Of a stretch of 64,000 nt of DNA, positions 9,177 through 18,639 are shown one piece after another. The first letter of the stretch is position 1. The number at the start of each line of letters is the position of its first letter. The translations under genes and the position numbers were made by a program. Below the pieces are notes generated by a model. The model had not been told where the DNA came from and ran no database searches. It worked only from the letters and a program-made list of their open reading frames with translations. Where the stretch lies: assembly GCA_041481365.1 (NCBI GenBank), contig JBGPBS010000001.1:13063-77062 (forward strand), in the 5' to 3' direction. Source of the stretch: Candidatus Bathyarchaeia archaeon (lineage in GTDB: Archaea > Thermoproteota > Bathyarchaeia > Bathyarchaeales > Bathycorpusculaceae).

Positions 9177-9837
9177 TTAGGGATCCGTTGCCAGTCTGAC
9201 CCTTCGAGGAACTAATATGACAGTCCAATTTGCTTTACTTGCCATTCTTCCCAGGCCATCAAGACTGAAGCCGTGCAGGTGAAGGGCATAAGCCATGGGA
9301 CGGTCTTGCTGGCCTAGCCGAAGCATCTGGCTCAGACCCAAATGCTCGGACACCTGTCTAATCGGACGTAGCGAGTTCCAAGGGTAGGAGATGGCTACGT
9401 TTCGAGGCTTGTGGCGCAACCATTCTTCAAGCTGAGCCAGAGACAGCAAAGTTCGATTTTCAACCATTTTCAGGCTGTCTCCTCCGGCGGGGGAAAATCA
9501 TAGCCATGGTGAACCTTTGCAAACCATTCAGGTCTTTCGTCAGCAACCTTCTTCTCGCATTTTCCTTGGAGCATCCCATAACAGCGCTCGATGAGACGGT
9601 CGTCCGCAAAAACTGGAATGCCATGATGGAATTCAAGGACGATATCAAGCGTTTTTCGAGCTTGTCTTAGGTGCGAAGTGAATGCGTAGTAAATCACTTC
9701 TTGCTTGAGTTGTTCCGCAATCTCATGCGTCTGGAAAAGGCCTTTCGGAGTGAGTCCGGGGTCACGGCACCTGAGAATAACCCGCGGACGTTGTCAGTCG
9801 TTTCAGCATGCCTGAAGACGAATAGCTTGCAAATCAT
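9177..9837 (-). pseudogene. Histidine phosphatase (phosphoglycerate mutase family) pseudogene with at least two frameshifts
   Basis: The N-terminal FVFRHAETTDN (RHG motif) sits in one frame. DPGLTPKGLFQTHEIAEQLKQEVIYYAFTSHLRQARKT continues in a second frame (shift near 9775-9780). PPP/GGDSLKMVENR...NVAISYPWNSLRPI continues in a third frame (shift near 9478-9490). The expected SHGNSLR is degraded to SYPWNSLR. Confidence 0.75.
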
Positions 9838-10095
9838 CAACCACCTGCTCCAGACCTGCTTCACAGCAAATACGGTTGTCAGAGAACCCTTTTTCTCTTT
9901 TTGCACGATGGCCTTCGGCATCACGTGTTCATTTCCAATTGTCTTGCCTGCTTCAAGCAGAATTCGTGTGGAATCCATTACAACTAACGAAGAATTGGTT
10001 TGGACAGACAAGAATATGACTAATCAGGATCTCTGTCTGAGAAAAGGTAATAAGCCGTGTGATGAGGGTTCGTTTCAAGGAAGGAGAACTGAATA

Positions 10096-10611
10096 ATGGA
10101 TGTCTTTGAAGCTATAAAAACTCGAAGAAGCATTAGGAAATACAAGCCAGAATCCATTCCTGATGAAAAATTGGAAATCATTCTTGAGGCTGCTCGCCTG
10201 GCACCTTCTGCCGGTAATCGACAGCCTTGGCGTTTTATAATGGTTCAAGACGCGGATCGAAAGAACGCTCTTGCAGAAGCAGCGAATAAACAGGCTTTCC
10301 TGAAAGACGCAGCTGCAATTGCTGTAGCAGTTGGTGATCCTGACGCGTCGACGAGGTGGCACGAAAAAGACCCCATGACAGCATTGGAGCACATGGTTTT
10401 GGCGGCCACGGCTCTGGGATATGGCACTTGCTGGATAGGTGCCTTCGATGAAGACGCGTTGAAGTGTCTGCTCAGGATCCCCGCAAAGATGAAAGTAGTC
10501 GCGCTACTTTCGATCGGTGTACCAGCTGAGAAACCAGCGGCCAAGCCTAGGAAGGAGATATCGGAGATTTTCTTCAAAGAAGAATGGCAAACTCCTTGGA
10601 CGACGCACTGA
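10096..10611 (+). CDS. Nitroreductase family protein
   Basis: RRSIRKYKPESIPDEKLEIILEAARLAPSAGNRQPWRF signature. Confidence 0.88.
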   Translation: MDVFEAIKTRRSIRKYKPESIPDEKLEIILEAARLAPSAGNRQPWRFIMVQDADRKNALAEAANKQAFLKDAAAIAVAVGDPDASTRWHEKDPMTALEHMVLAATALGYGTCWIGAFDEDALKCLLRIPAKMKVVALLSIGVPAEKPAAKPRKEISEIFFKEEWQTPWTTH

Positions 10612-10739
10612 GTTCAATGATGTGCGAGTGGGGAAATTCAGAAAAAGCTCTGAACTAAACGTTGGACAAATCCATCTAAGATGCAAGCAGCATATTGGTT
10701 CCGGGTTTTATACGTTAAGAGAGCAGGATGGTCTGGTGC

Positions 10740-11354
10740 TTAGTATCCTTTTATGGTGCAGTGTCTTTTGACGTACTCTTCCAATTTGTCTTTCAATGTT
10801 TGCTTGAGCAAGCTGTCCCGTGTGTTTAGGTATTCATCCCTGAGAATGTCGAAATGGTAGCCATCCCATCTTCTGCCATTTACATAGACGGCTTGCCTCA
10901 TGGCTCCACCGTTTTTCAACCCGCAATCTTCCAAAACCTTGTGAGCGCGACGGTTATATTCCACGCTCCAAGCCTCACAGCGATCCATGTTCAATTGATT
11001 AAAGCATATTTCCAAAAGAGCCACCGTTATCTGGCGGCCCAAGCCCTTCTCCCACAGTTCCTTCTTGCCAATGTAGGTCCCTATCGTAGCTGCCCTGATA
11101 CTACCCCAGTCAGACTTTTCTATACGAGCAATTCCGATCGGCTCTTTTGAGTCTGCAAGCTCAACCATGAAATGGATTTCTTTTTCGTTTTTCAACCAGT
11201 CTTCATACTGCTTCTCCAGCTGTGCCATATTCACGAAGTTTATCGGCCTCTGCCTGGAATACATTATGACTTCGAAATCGTTCTCCCAATCATGAAGCAC
11301 TTTCAGATCTTCCCTTTCTACGGGTCTAAACCTCACGCTTCCGAATTCGAACAT
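10740..11354 (-). CDS. GNAT family N-acetyltransferase (RimJ/RimL-like)
   Basis: 204 aa; acetyl-CoA-binding loop WEKGLGRQITVALLE; N-terminal FRPVEREDL typical of the RimL group. Confidence 0.8.
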   Translation of the reverse strand: MFEFGSVRFRPVEREDLKVLHDWENDFEVIMYSRQRPINFVNMAQLEKQYEDWLKNEKEIHFMVELADSKEPIGIARIEKSDWGSIRAATIGTYIGKKELWEKGLGRQITVALLEICFNQLNMDRCEAWSVEYNRRAHKVLEDCGLKNGGAMRQAVYVNGRRWDGYHFDILRDEYLNTRDSLLKQTLKDKLEEYVKRHCTIKGY

Positions 11355-11464
11355 ACATATTCACCACGCAAGACTAGAATTCAATAAGCAAGTCTCTAAT
11401 AATTTTGATTCTTATTGTCAGGCATGCACAAGAATTCAAGTCAATCATCCAATGCTCTTGAACG

Positions 11465-13882
11465 TTAATCTTCGCTTCTCTTTCCGCCTTCCAAGAGGAA
11501 TTGTGGGAATGCTTTGAGTTTTTCCGCCATTTCCTTGAGGCGTTCGTCCACTTTGAAGTTCACGGTTCCTTCTTCGAAGGTTCCATCTTTTCGTCGTTCG
11601 CCCGCTTTGATTCCAGTTAAGACTTCTATTCCTTCGTCGATGGTCTTGACGGAGTAGATGTGGAATTTCCCCTTTTTGACAGCGTCTACTATTTCCTCCT
11701 TCAGCATCAGGTTCTGCACGTTGCTTTCAGGTATCATTGCTCCTTGTTTACCAGTGAATCCCTTGGCTTTGCAGACTTCAAAGAATCCTTCGATTTTTTC
11801 GTTCACGCCGCCTATGGCTTGAACTTCGCCTTTCTGATTTACGGAACCTGTCACGGCAAGGCTTTGTTTTATCGGAAGGCCAGAGAGTATAGATAGGATA
11901 GCGTAGAGTTCGGTGCTTGAGGCACTGTCGCCCTCTACTCCCTCGTAGTTCTGTTCAAAAACAAGTCGGGCTGAGAGGCTAAGAGGCCTGTCCTGTGCGT
12001 ACTTCTCGTTCAGGTATCCGCTTAGAATCAGAACCCCTTTGGTGTGTATCGGCCCGCCCATTTGAGCTTCCCTTTCAATATCAATAACTCCCTCTCGACC
12101 CAAGCCAACGCTGACTGTTACGCGTGAAGGAGTGCCAAACTCAAAGTCGCCCAGGCTGATAACTGAAAGGCCGTTCACCTGCCCGACGTTCTCAGCGTCT
12201 GTGTCGATAAGGAGAATTCCTCTTTGGATCATTTCTTGAATCTTATCTTGTATGAGTTTTGAGCGGTAAATCTTCTCTTCCAAAGCTTTTTTCACGTGAT
12301 CTCCCGTTACGAATTCTGAGTTCTCTTCGGTAGCATAGAAGCTAGCCTCGCGGACAACGTCAGCGACTTCGGCGAACCTGGTCGAGAGTTTCTGCTGGTC
12401 CTCAGCCAGTCTTGAACTGTGTTCGATCAACTTGGCCAAGCCCGACCCATCAAGGTGTTTAAGGTTCTCCTTCTGGCAGAGTGAGCAAACGAAGGCCGCA
12501 TATTGTTGCATGTTTTCTTCCGTCCGATCCATGGTCGTGTCGAAGTCCGCCTTCACTTTGAAGAGTTCGTTAAATTCCATGTCCAAGACGTAAAGTTGCT
12601 GATAGAGATACGGGTCCCCGATGATGATCACCTTGACGCTCAGTGGGATAGGCTGGGGTTTCAAGCTCTTGGTCGTAATGAAGCCTAAACGTTCTTCCAC
12701 TTCTTCGATGCTGATCTGCTCGTTTCTGAGAGCTCTTTTCAAACCGTCGTAGGAGAATGGATTGCGAAGCAATTCTTCGATTGGAAGAATCAGATATCCA
12801 CCGTTGGCCTTGTGCAATGATCCTCCGCGGATCATGGTGAAGTCGGTGACAAGGGCGCCAAACTGTGCTTCCTTCTCGACTCTGCCAAAAAGGTTCTGAT
12901 AGGTGGGGTTAAATTCCGTTGTTACTGGGGCTCCCTTAATGTCCGAGTTATCGGCAACAACGTTTACCTCATATTTCTTGAAGGGAATCTCTCTGCTCCA
13001 AGGAATTTGAAAGGGGGCTTGCGGTTCAGCTTCAGCTCCTTTTATGAAATGAGAGAGGTTATCCAGAATGTCGCTTTGCACGCTTTTCAGGTAGTCAGCG
13101 ACGTCTGGAATGTCCTTGTATTTCTCAGCGAGATCTGCGACCAAGTGGCCGATAGAGTAAAGGGCAACGTCACGGTTTAGTTTTTCAAGTTCCTGATGGA
13201 TCTTCCTCTCCATGTCTGAGAATTGTCTCATGGCATTTCGCAGGTCTGATTCCAATAGTTCCCTTTTTTGTTGAATCTCCGCCTTGGTTTTCGGAGGTAA
13301 GTTCATGAACTCTGCATCGTTGATGGGTTTACCCTTTATCACCGGGATGATGAGAAATCCAACAGGCGTGCTTTGGATGATGAAACCTTGACTTTGGGCT
13401 TTAACGTTGATCTGATCGATGAGCTGCTTTCTTTGATTTTCCAGCTCTTCTAATGTTGTTTCTTTCTTCTTGGCGTAGTCTTCACTTTCAAACGCTTTCG
13501 GAAGGGTTCTTCTGGTTTCCTCGACAAATTTTTTCATGTCTGTTTTGAATTCTTTGCCTCTGCCTGGAGGTAGCCTAATTGCCTTCGGTTCATACTGGTT
13601 AGAGAAGTTGTTCACGTAGCACCAGTCAAAGGGGACCGGTTTCTCTCTTGCCATTTCTTCGAGGAAACCCTTGACGGCTGTTGTTCTGCCAGTTCCTGGA
13701 TAGCCCGCGACGTAAATGTTGAACCCGCGTTCTTTGATGCCTAGGCCGAACTTGAGCGCTCTAACGGCCCTTTTCTGACCGACTATCTCTCGGAGAGGCG
13801 ATATTCCTTGTGTGGTTTCACATTGTATGAGATTAGAGGAACATTCCTTCCTCAGCTTTTCTGCGGGCAACTCGGTTACCAT
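11465..13882 (-). CDS. Lon-related protease, soluble, with a degenerate AAA module (LonC-like)
   Basis: C-terminal Lon protease domain with catalytic Ser context EGDSASSTELYAILS and Lys context GVNEKIEGF. N-terminal P-loop reads GYPGTGRTT (Arg where the Walker A Lys is expected). I saw no TM helices. A long helical insertion lies between them. The ATG at 13882 is preferred; the ORF track starts at a TTG at 13891. Confidence 0.82.
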   Translation of the reverse strand: MVTELPAEKLRKECSSNLIQCETTQGISPLREIVGQKRAVRALKFGLGIKERGFNIYVAGYPGTGRTTAVKGFLEEMAREKPVPFDWCYVNNFSNQYEPKAIRLPPGRGKEFKTDMKKFVEETRRTLPKAFESEDYAKKKETTLEELENQRKQLIDQINVKAQSQGFIIQSTPVGFLIIPVIKGKPINDAEFMNLPPKTKAEIQQKRELLESDLRNAMRQFSDMERKIHQELEKLNRDVALYSIGHLVADLAEKYKDIPDVADYLKSVQSDILDNLSHFIKGAEAEPQAPFQIPWSREIPFKKYEVNVVADNSDIKGAPVTTEFNPTYQNLFGRVEKEAQFGALVTDFTMIRGGSLHKANGGYLILPIEELLRNPFSYDGLKRALRNEQISIEEVEERLGFITTKSLKPQPIPLSVKVIIIGDPYLYQQLYVLDMEFNELFKVKADFDTTMDRTEENMQQYAAFVCSLCQKENLKHLDGSGLAKLIEHSSRLAEDQQKLSTRFAEVADVVREASFYATEENSEFVTGDHVKKALEEKIYRSKLIQDKIQEMIQRGILLIDTDAENVGQVNGLSVISLGDFEFGTPSRVTVSVGLGREGVIDIEREAQMGGPIHTKGVLILSGYLNEKYAQDRPLSLSARLVFEQNYEGVEGDSASSTELYAILSILSGLPIKQSLAVTGSVNQKGEVQAIGGVNEKIEGFFEVCKAKGFTGKQGAMIPESNVQNLMLKEEIVDAVKKGKFHIYSVKTIDEGIEVLTGIKAGERRKDGTFEEGTVNFKVDERLKEMAEKLKAFPQFLLEGGKRSED

Positions 13883-14293
13883 TTTATTCAATACTCCTAT
13901 GACCGAAACATCTGAAGATTATCCATGCGATTCTAATACGGCAAGATGCTGGGCACGGGCTAATACAGCAAGCACAGGAAGAAAAATCTTTCTCTGCACC
14001 TGTGCATTGGGACTCGCACCCAAATGATGTTAATGCGTGAGATTGGGCAAAGATGCCAGATCAGTCTCGGCCATTCATCCTGCTTGAGGCGATCCGCCGC
14101 CTTCATTCGGCTTCCCTCGCTCTCGGTTCATTCTGGCAGGTTGAGGATTGAATTTCTGAAGGCTAAAGCGCGCGCCAAGCATTCAACAAGGCAGCAAATG
14201 CTTGGACTGGTTTCTCCAAGAGGACAAGCTTTAAACTCAACCTTTTTTTCTTAGTCAAAAAGCTTAAACGGCATTTGAGGCGTTGAAAAGTCT

Positions 14294-15445
14294 TTGAGAT
14301 ACAGAAGCTTTGGAAGAAAGCTTGACTGGCAAGTTTCTGTCTTGGGTTTCGGGGCAATGCGGCTTCCAATAATCGGCAATGATGCCTCCAAGATAGATGA
14401 ACTGGAAGCGACGGAGATGATCAGATATGCCATTGACCATGGCGTGAATTACGTGGACACGGCATATGTTTACCACAGAGGCAACAGCGAAATCTTTCTC
14501 AGCAAAGCGTTACGCGACGAATATCGAAAGAAGATAAAACTGGCAACGAAGATGCCGACGTGGCAAGTGAAGTCTGAGCATGACATGGATGTTTTCCTTG
14601 ACGAGCAACTCAGCAGGCTCAATGTGGATCACGTGGACTTCTATTTGCTTCACGGCCTGACTGGCGAGCGATTCAAGAAACTCAAAGAGCTCAACGTTCT
14701 AGAATGGGCCGAGAGGAAGATGGACGAAGGAAAATTCATGCATCTAGGCTTCAGTTTCCATGATGAATATGAGGCCTTCAAGAAAATCATTGATAGCTAC
14801 GAAGGATGGGCCATGTGTCAAATACAGTACAACTATCTTGATGCCAATTACCAAGCTGGAACAAAGGGTTTGAAGTACGCTGCTTCCAAAGGGCTTGCAG
14901 TGGTCGTCATGGAGCCGATAGCAGGTGGAAGGCTGGCGTTTAACCCACCATTGCAGGTCCAGAAGACCTGGGACAGCGCTGAAGTGAAGAGATCTCCAGC
15001 AGAGTGGGCTCTTATGTGGGTTTGGAATCATCCTGAGGTATCGGTCGTCCTCAGCGGCATGAGCACCATGCAGCAGGTGATGGAAAACGTTGAAAGCGCG
15101 GACCGTTCGGGTCTTGGCGTACTCAGCAAGAAGGAGCTGCAGCTAATAACGAGGGTTGTTCAGAAATACAGGAAACTGGGATTCGTAGGATGCTCAGGTT
15201 GCAGGTACTGTTTGCCATGTCCAGAAGGCGTCAAGATACCTGACATAATCTCGTTGTACAATGAGTATTACGTGCACAGTGACAAAGACGAGATTAAGAA
15301 GAAGTATTGGGAACACATAACACCTGAGAGCCAAGCGAAGAGATGCAAGAGATGCGGAAGCTGCGAGAAGCTTTGTCCTCAACAGTTGCCAATCAAGGAT
15401 GTTATGAGCAGGGCTGCAATGATCTTCGAACTGGAAATCAGCTGA
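14294..15445 (+). CDS. Aldo/keto reductase with a C-terminal 4Fe-4S ferredoxin-type domain
   Basis: N-terminus MRYRSFGRKLDWQVSVLGFGAMRLP, DTAYVYHRGNSE. C-terminal Cys clusters CSGCRYCLPCP and CKRCGSCEKLCP. TTG start. Confidence 0.85.
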   Translation: MRYRSFGRKLDWQVSVLGFGAMRLPIIGNDASKIDELEATEMIRYAIDHGVNYVDTAYVYHRGNSEIFLSKALRDEYRKKIKLATKMPTWQVKSEHDMDVFLDEQLSRLNVDHVDFYLLHGLTGERFKKLKELNVLEWAERKMDEGKFMHLGFSFHDEYEAFKKIIDSYEGWAMCQIQYNYLDANYQAGTKGLKYAASKGLAVVVMEPIAGGRLAFNPPLQVQKTWDSAEVKRSPAEWALMWVWNHPEVSVVLSGMSTMQQVMENVESADRSGLGVLSKKELQLITRVVQKYRKLGFVGCSGCRYCLPCPEGVKIPDIISLYNEYYVHSDKDEIKKKYWEHITPESQAKRCKRCGSCEKLCPQQLPIKDVMSRAAMIFELEIS

Positions 15446-15467
15446 GATTTCGGATTGCAGTCGGCTA

Positions 15468-15602
15468 ATGATAAGAGCTGTAATTTTCGACTTGGACAGA
15501 GTGATTGTCAACAGCGAAGATGCTCACATCAAAGCTGAAAGACTGGCGTTTCTCGAATATGGCGTCAAAGTTTCCGCTCATGAATTGCACAGGTACGCTT
15601 GA
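15468..15602 (+). pseudogene. Remnant of a HAD-superfamily hydrolase (N-terminal 44 codons only)
   Basis: My translation: MIRAVIFDLDRVIVNSEDAHIKAERLAFLEYGVKVSAHELHRYA, then a stop. Motif I is degraded from DxDGV to FDLDRV, and the rest of the fold is absent. Confidence 0.55.
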
Positions 15603-15606
15603 TGAA

Positions 15607-15685
15607 AGAACCGCGAAAAGCGCCGATGGCTAACAAACCCCTCAATGAGACACTTAAGCGCCGAAGAGTTAACAGAACCGCGAAA
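15607..15685 (+). repeat. 12-nt direct repeat AGAACCGCGAAA (15607-15618 and 15674-15685) upstream of metK
   Basis: Two perfect copies 67 nt apart in the 129-nt gap before the ATG at 15732. Confidence 0.5.
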
Positions 15686-15731
15686 CGAAATCAATAAAAG
15701 CGGGTGTTACAAATCCAACTGAAGGGTTCTT

Positions 15732-16901
15732 ATGATAAGCAATGGAAGATACCTGTTCACTTCGGAATCGGTGGCGGAGGGTCATCCGGATAAGGTGGCA
15801 GACCAGATATCGGACGCTGTGTTGGATGATATCTTGTGCAAAGACCCTAAGGCACGGGTTGACTGTGAAACGTTAATTATGCAGGGAAATGTGGTGGTCA
15901 CTGGTCAAATAACAACCAACTGCTACGTGGACATACCTCACGTTGTTAGGAAAACACTGAGGGAAATAGGATTGGACAATGCCAAAGACGGAATGGATTG
16001 GGAGACCTGCGGTGTTATGGTTTCGATAACGGAACAGTCCCCAGATATTGCGATTGGAGTTAATCAGACCGAGACTCATGAGCAGGGAGCTGGAGACCAG
16101 GGAATGGTATTCGGGTATGCAACAAACGAGACAAAGGAATTGATGCCTCTGCCGATAATGCTTGCACATGGTCTTGTGAGGAGGCTTTCCGAATGCAGGA
16201 GGAACAAGATTCTGCCCTATCTGAGGCCAGATGGCAAGTCGCAGGCCACTGTCGAATACGTTAATGGAAAACCGAAAAGAGTTGACGCCGTTGTCATAGC
16301 TGCTCAACACGTTGAAAGCGTCGACAGGGAAAGGATGAAGCAGGAAATAATAAATCAGGTCATAAGAAAGGTCATACCTTCGAATATGCTGGACGAAAGG
16401 ACAAAATACTACGTCAATGAGACGGGGAGGTTCGTGCTCGGTGGAACATTGGCAGATTCAGGGTTGACAGGAAGAAAAATCATAGTCGACACTTATGGGG
16501 GCGTTGGAAGTCACGGTGGAGGATGTTTTTCTGGGAAAGACCCGTCAAAAGTTGATAGATCGGGCTGTTACATGGCCAGGTACATCGCGAAAAACGCTGT
16601 TGCCGCTGGCTTGGCAGATCAATGCGAAGTCCAAATATCATATGCGATCGGCGTGGCACAGCCAATATCCGTGATGGTTAATACTTTTGGCACGGGAAAG
16701 ATACCCGACGAGAAGATTCTAGAATTGGTGAAAAAGCATTTTGACATGAGACCTAGAGCAATTATAGGCCATTTGAATCTGCTCAGGCCAATATACAGAA
16801 AGACGGCCGTTTTCGGGCATTTTGGAAGAGACGATCCAGATTTCACTTGGGAGAGAACCGACAAAGCGGAAATTCTCAGAAGAGAGCTCGAATCCCGATA
16901 G
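15732..16901 (+). CDS. metK: S-adenosylmethionine synthetase, bacterial/eukaryotic type
   Basis: [53 protein letters not shown]: canonical MetK motifs, not the divergent archaeal MAT. Confidence 0.93.
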   Translation: MISNGRYLFTSESVAEGHPDKVADQISDAVLDDILCKDPKARVDCETLIMQGNVVVTGQITTNCYVDIPHVVRKTLREIGLDNAKDGMDWETCGVMVSITEQSPDIAIGVNQTETHEQGAGDQGMVFGYATNETKELMPLPIMLAHGLVRRLSECRRNKILPYLRPDGKSQATVEYVNGKPKRVDAVVIAAQHVESVDRERMKQEIINQVIRKVIPSNMLDERTKYYVNETGRFVLGGTLADSGLTGRKIIVDTYGGVGSHGGGCFSGKDPSKVDRSGCYMARYIAKNAVAAGLADQCEVQISYAIGVAQPISVMVNTFGTGKIPDEKILELVKKHFDMRPRAIIGHLNLLRPIYRKTAVFGHFGRDDPDFTWERTDKAEILRRELESR

Positions 16902-16970
16902 CTTTGACCTTGTCGGTGCAATCACAGAATCGCTTCATCGATGCTCAGATCACGAGTAGTTTTCGTCAGC

Positions 16971-18410
16971 TTAGCGTGACTTTCGGCCTCGGTTTCTTTT
17001 GCGTCTTGTTGGCTTATGGGTGTTTGCTCTTTTCCCGAGGATGGACTCGTTGCTGAAGATTCGCTGTGCCTGTTCGGGATCTAGAATTCTCTTTTCGAGC
17101 GCTATTTCTCTTACCGACTTTTTTTCTTTGATCGATTGACTTGCGATTTTGCTCGCAGCCAGATACCCAATGGTCGGTGAGAGGAAGACTGCCAATGAAG
17201 GATTCTTTTCAAGGTTTGCTTCACATTTCTTCTCATCGGCAGTGATTCCCTGAACGCATTTCTTGGTGAAGACAGGTAAGAAACTGGCCAGAATTTGGAT
17301 CGACTGCAGAATGTTATGCATAATCACGGGCGTCATGACGTTCAATTCGAGTTGTCCAGCTTGGACTGCTAGAGAAAGCGCCAAGTCGTTGCCGACGATC
17401 TGGAAGGCAATCATGTTAAGACACTCAGCCATCACAGGATTGGTCTTTCCTGGCATGATGGAAGAGCCCGGTTGCACCGAGGGCAGTTCGATTTCGGCCA
17501 GACCGGTCGTCGGACCAGACGAGAGCATCCTCAAATCGTTGGCTATTCTGATTAACTCCAGTGCTAACTCTTTGATGCCTCCTGAGACTGCGGCGATGCC
17601 GTTTCGGCTTTGGAGCGCTTCAAAAGGGTTACGGGCCGCCCACAGTGGAAAGCCGGTCATTTTGCTCAGCACCTTGATGGCGATGTCCTTGAATTTCGGG
17701 TCAGTGTTGACACCTGTTCCAACCGCGCTTCCCCCGAGGGCCACTTCTCTGAGGCGAAGGCTTCTTTCTTCGATTTGGTCCCTCGTGTTCATCACGGAGA
17801 CCGCATATGCACCGAACTCTTGACCCAGGGTTACTGGCAAAGCATCTCTCAGATGGGTTCGCCCAGATTTCATGACGCCGGAGAACTTTTTTCCAAGATC
17901 CTCGAAGGCCTTGGCCAGTCTGTCAAGTTCAGTCAATAACGGTGCCAAGGCCATCAGAGCAGCGACATGAAGAGCGGTTGGAAAAGTGTCATTCGATGAT
18001 TGCGCCATGTTGACATGATCATTTGGGCTAACGCATGCGTAGTCTCCTTTGGCTCGACCCAAGATTTCGAGAGCCCGGTTTGCAAGCACCTCATTCACGT
18101 TCATGTTGAAAGACGTACCAGCTCCAGCTTGAAAAACGTCAACGACAAATTGTTCCACCAGCCTGCCCTTCATAACCTCGTTACAAGCTTCAACGATCGC
18201 TCTGCCCACTTTCGCATCCAATCGCCCAACTCGCATGTTCGCGATGGCTGCCGCCTTCTTCACCAAAACATAAGCCTTGATGAAGACAGCAGGCGCCTTC
18301 TCGCCGCTGACTGGAAAGTTGCCAACAGCTCGCACCGTCTGAACACCAAAGTAAGCATCTTTAGGAACAAGTTTCCGACCAAGAGAATCAAATTCTGTCC
18401 GCATTTCCAT
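16971..18410 (-). CDS. Aspartate ammonia-lyase / class II fumarase family lyase
   Basis: Signature GSSIMPGKTNP. The N-terminus DAYFGVQTVRAVGNFPVSG is closer to AspA than FumC. Unusual basic C-terminal tail KPTRRKRNRGRKSR. Confidence 0.85.
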   Translation of the reverse strand: MEMRTEFDSLGRKLVPKDAYFGVQTVRAVGNFPVSGEKAPAVFIKAYVLVKKAAAIANMRVGRLDAKVGRAIVEACNEVMKGRLVEQFVVDVFQAGAGTSFNMNVNEVLANRALEILGRAKGDYACVSPNDHVNMAQSSNDTFPTALHVAALMALAPLLTELDRLAKAFEDLGKKFSGVMKSGRTHLRDALPVTLGQEFGAYAVSVMNTRDQIEERSLRLREVALGGSAVGTGVNTDPKFKDIAIKVLSKMTGFPLWAARNPFEALQSRNGIAAVSGGIKELALELIRIANDLRMLSSGPTTGLAEIELPSVQPGSSIMPGKTNPVMAECLNMIAFQIVGNDLALSLAVQAGQLELNVMTPVIMHNILQSIQILASFLPVFTKKCVQGITADEKKCEANLEKNPSLAVFLSPTIGYLAASKIASQSIKEKKSVREIALEKRILDPEQAQRIFSNESILGKRANTHKPTRRKRNRGRKSR

Positions 18411-18639
18411 GGAAAATCCTCACCCTGTATCGTAAATTGCAGTTCACGCCAATATAACTTACCATAACACCTCAGCAAGGATCACCCAGATTTCAGATAG
18501 CCCGTTTCCCGCGAAGATCAATAAGACGTAGGTTCATATGATTCTGTGGCCCTGTGAGAACCAGTACCTGAAAGAAATGGTGACAGGAAATGCGAAGTGA
18601 AGAAGAGAAGCTACAGCAAATGCGCTTGTAACATAGGGC

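Noticed and set aside
15603-15731. SAM riboswitch upstream of the bacterial-type metK
   Set aside because: I could find no resemblance to the SAM-I/S-box core; only a 12-nt direct repeat is present.
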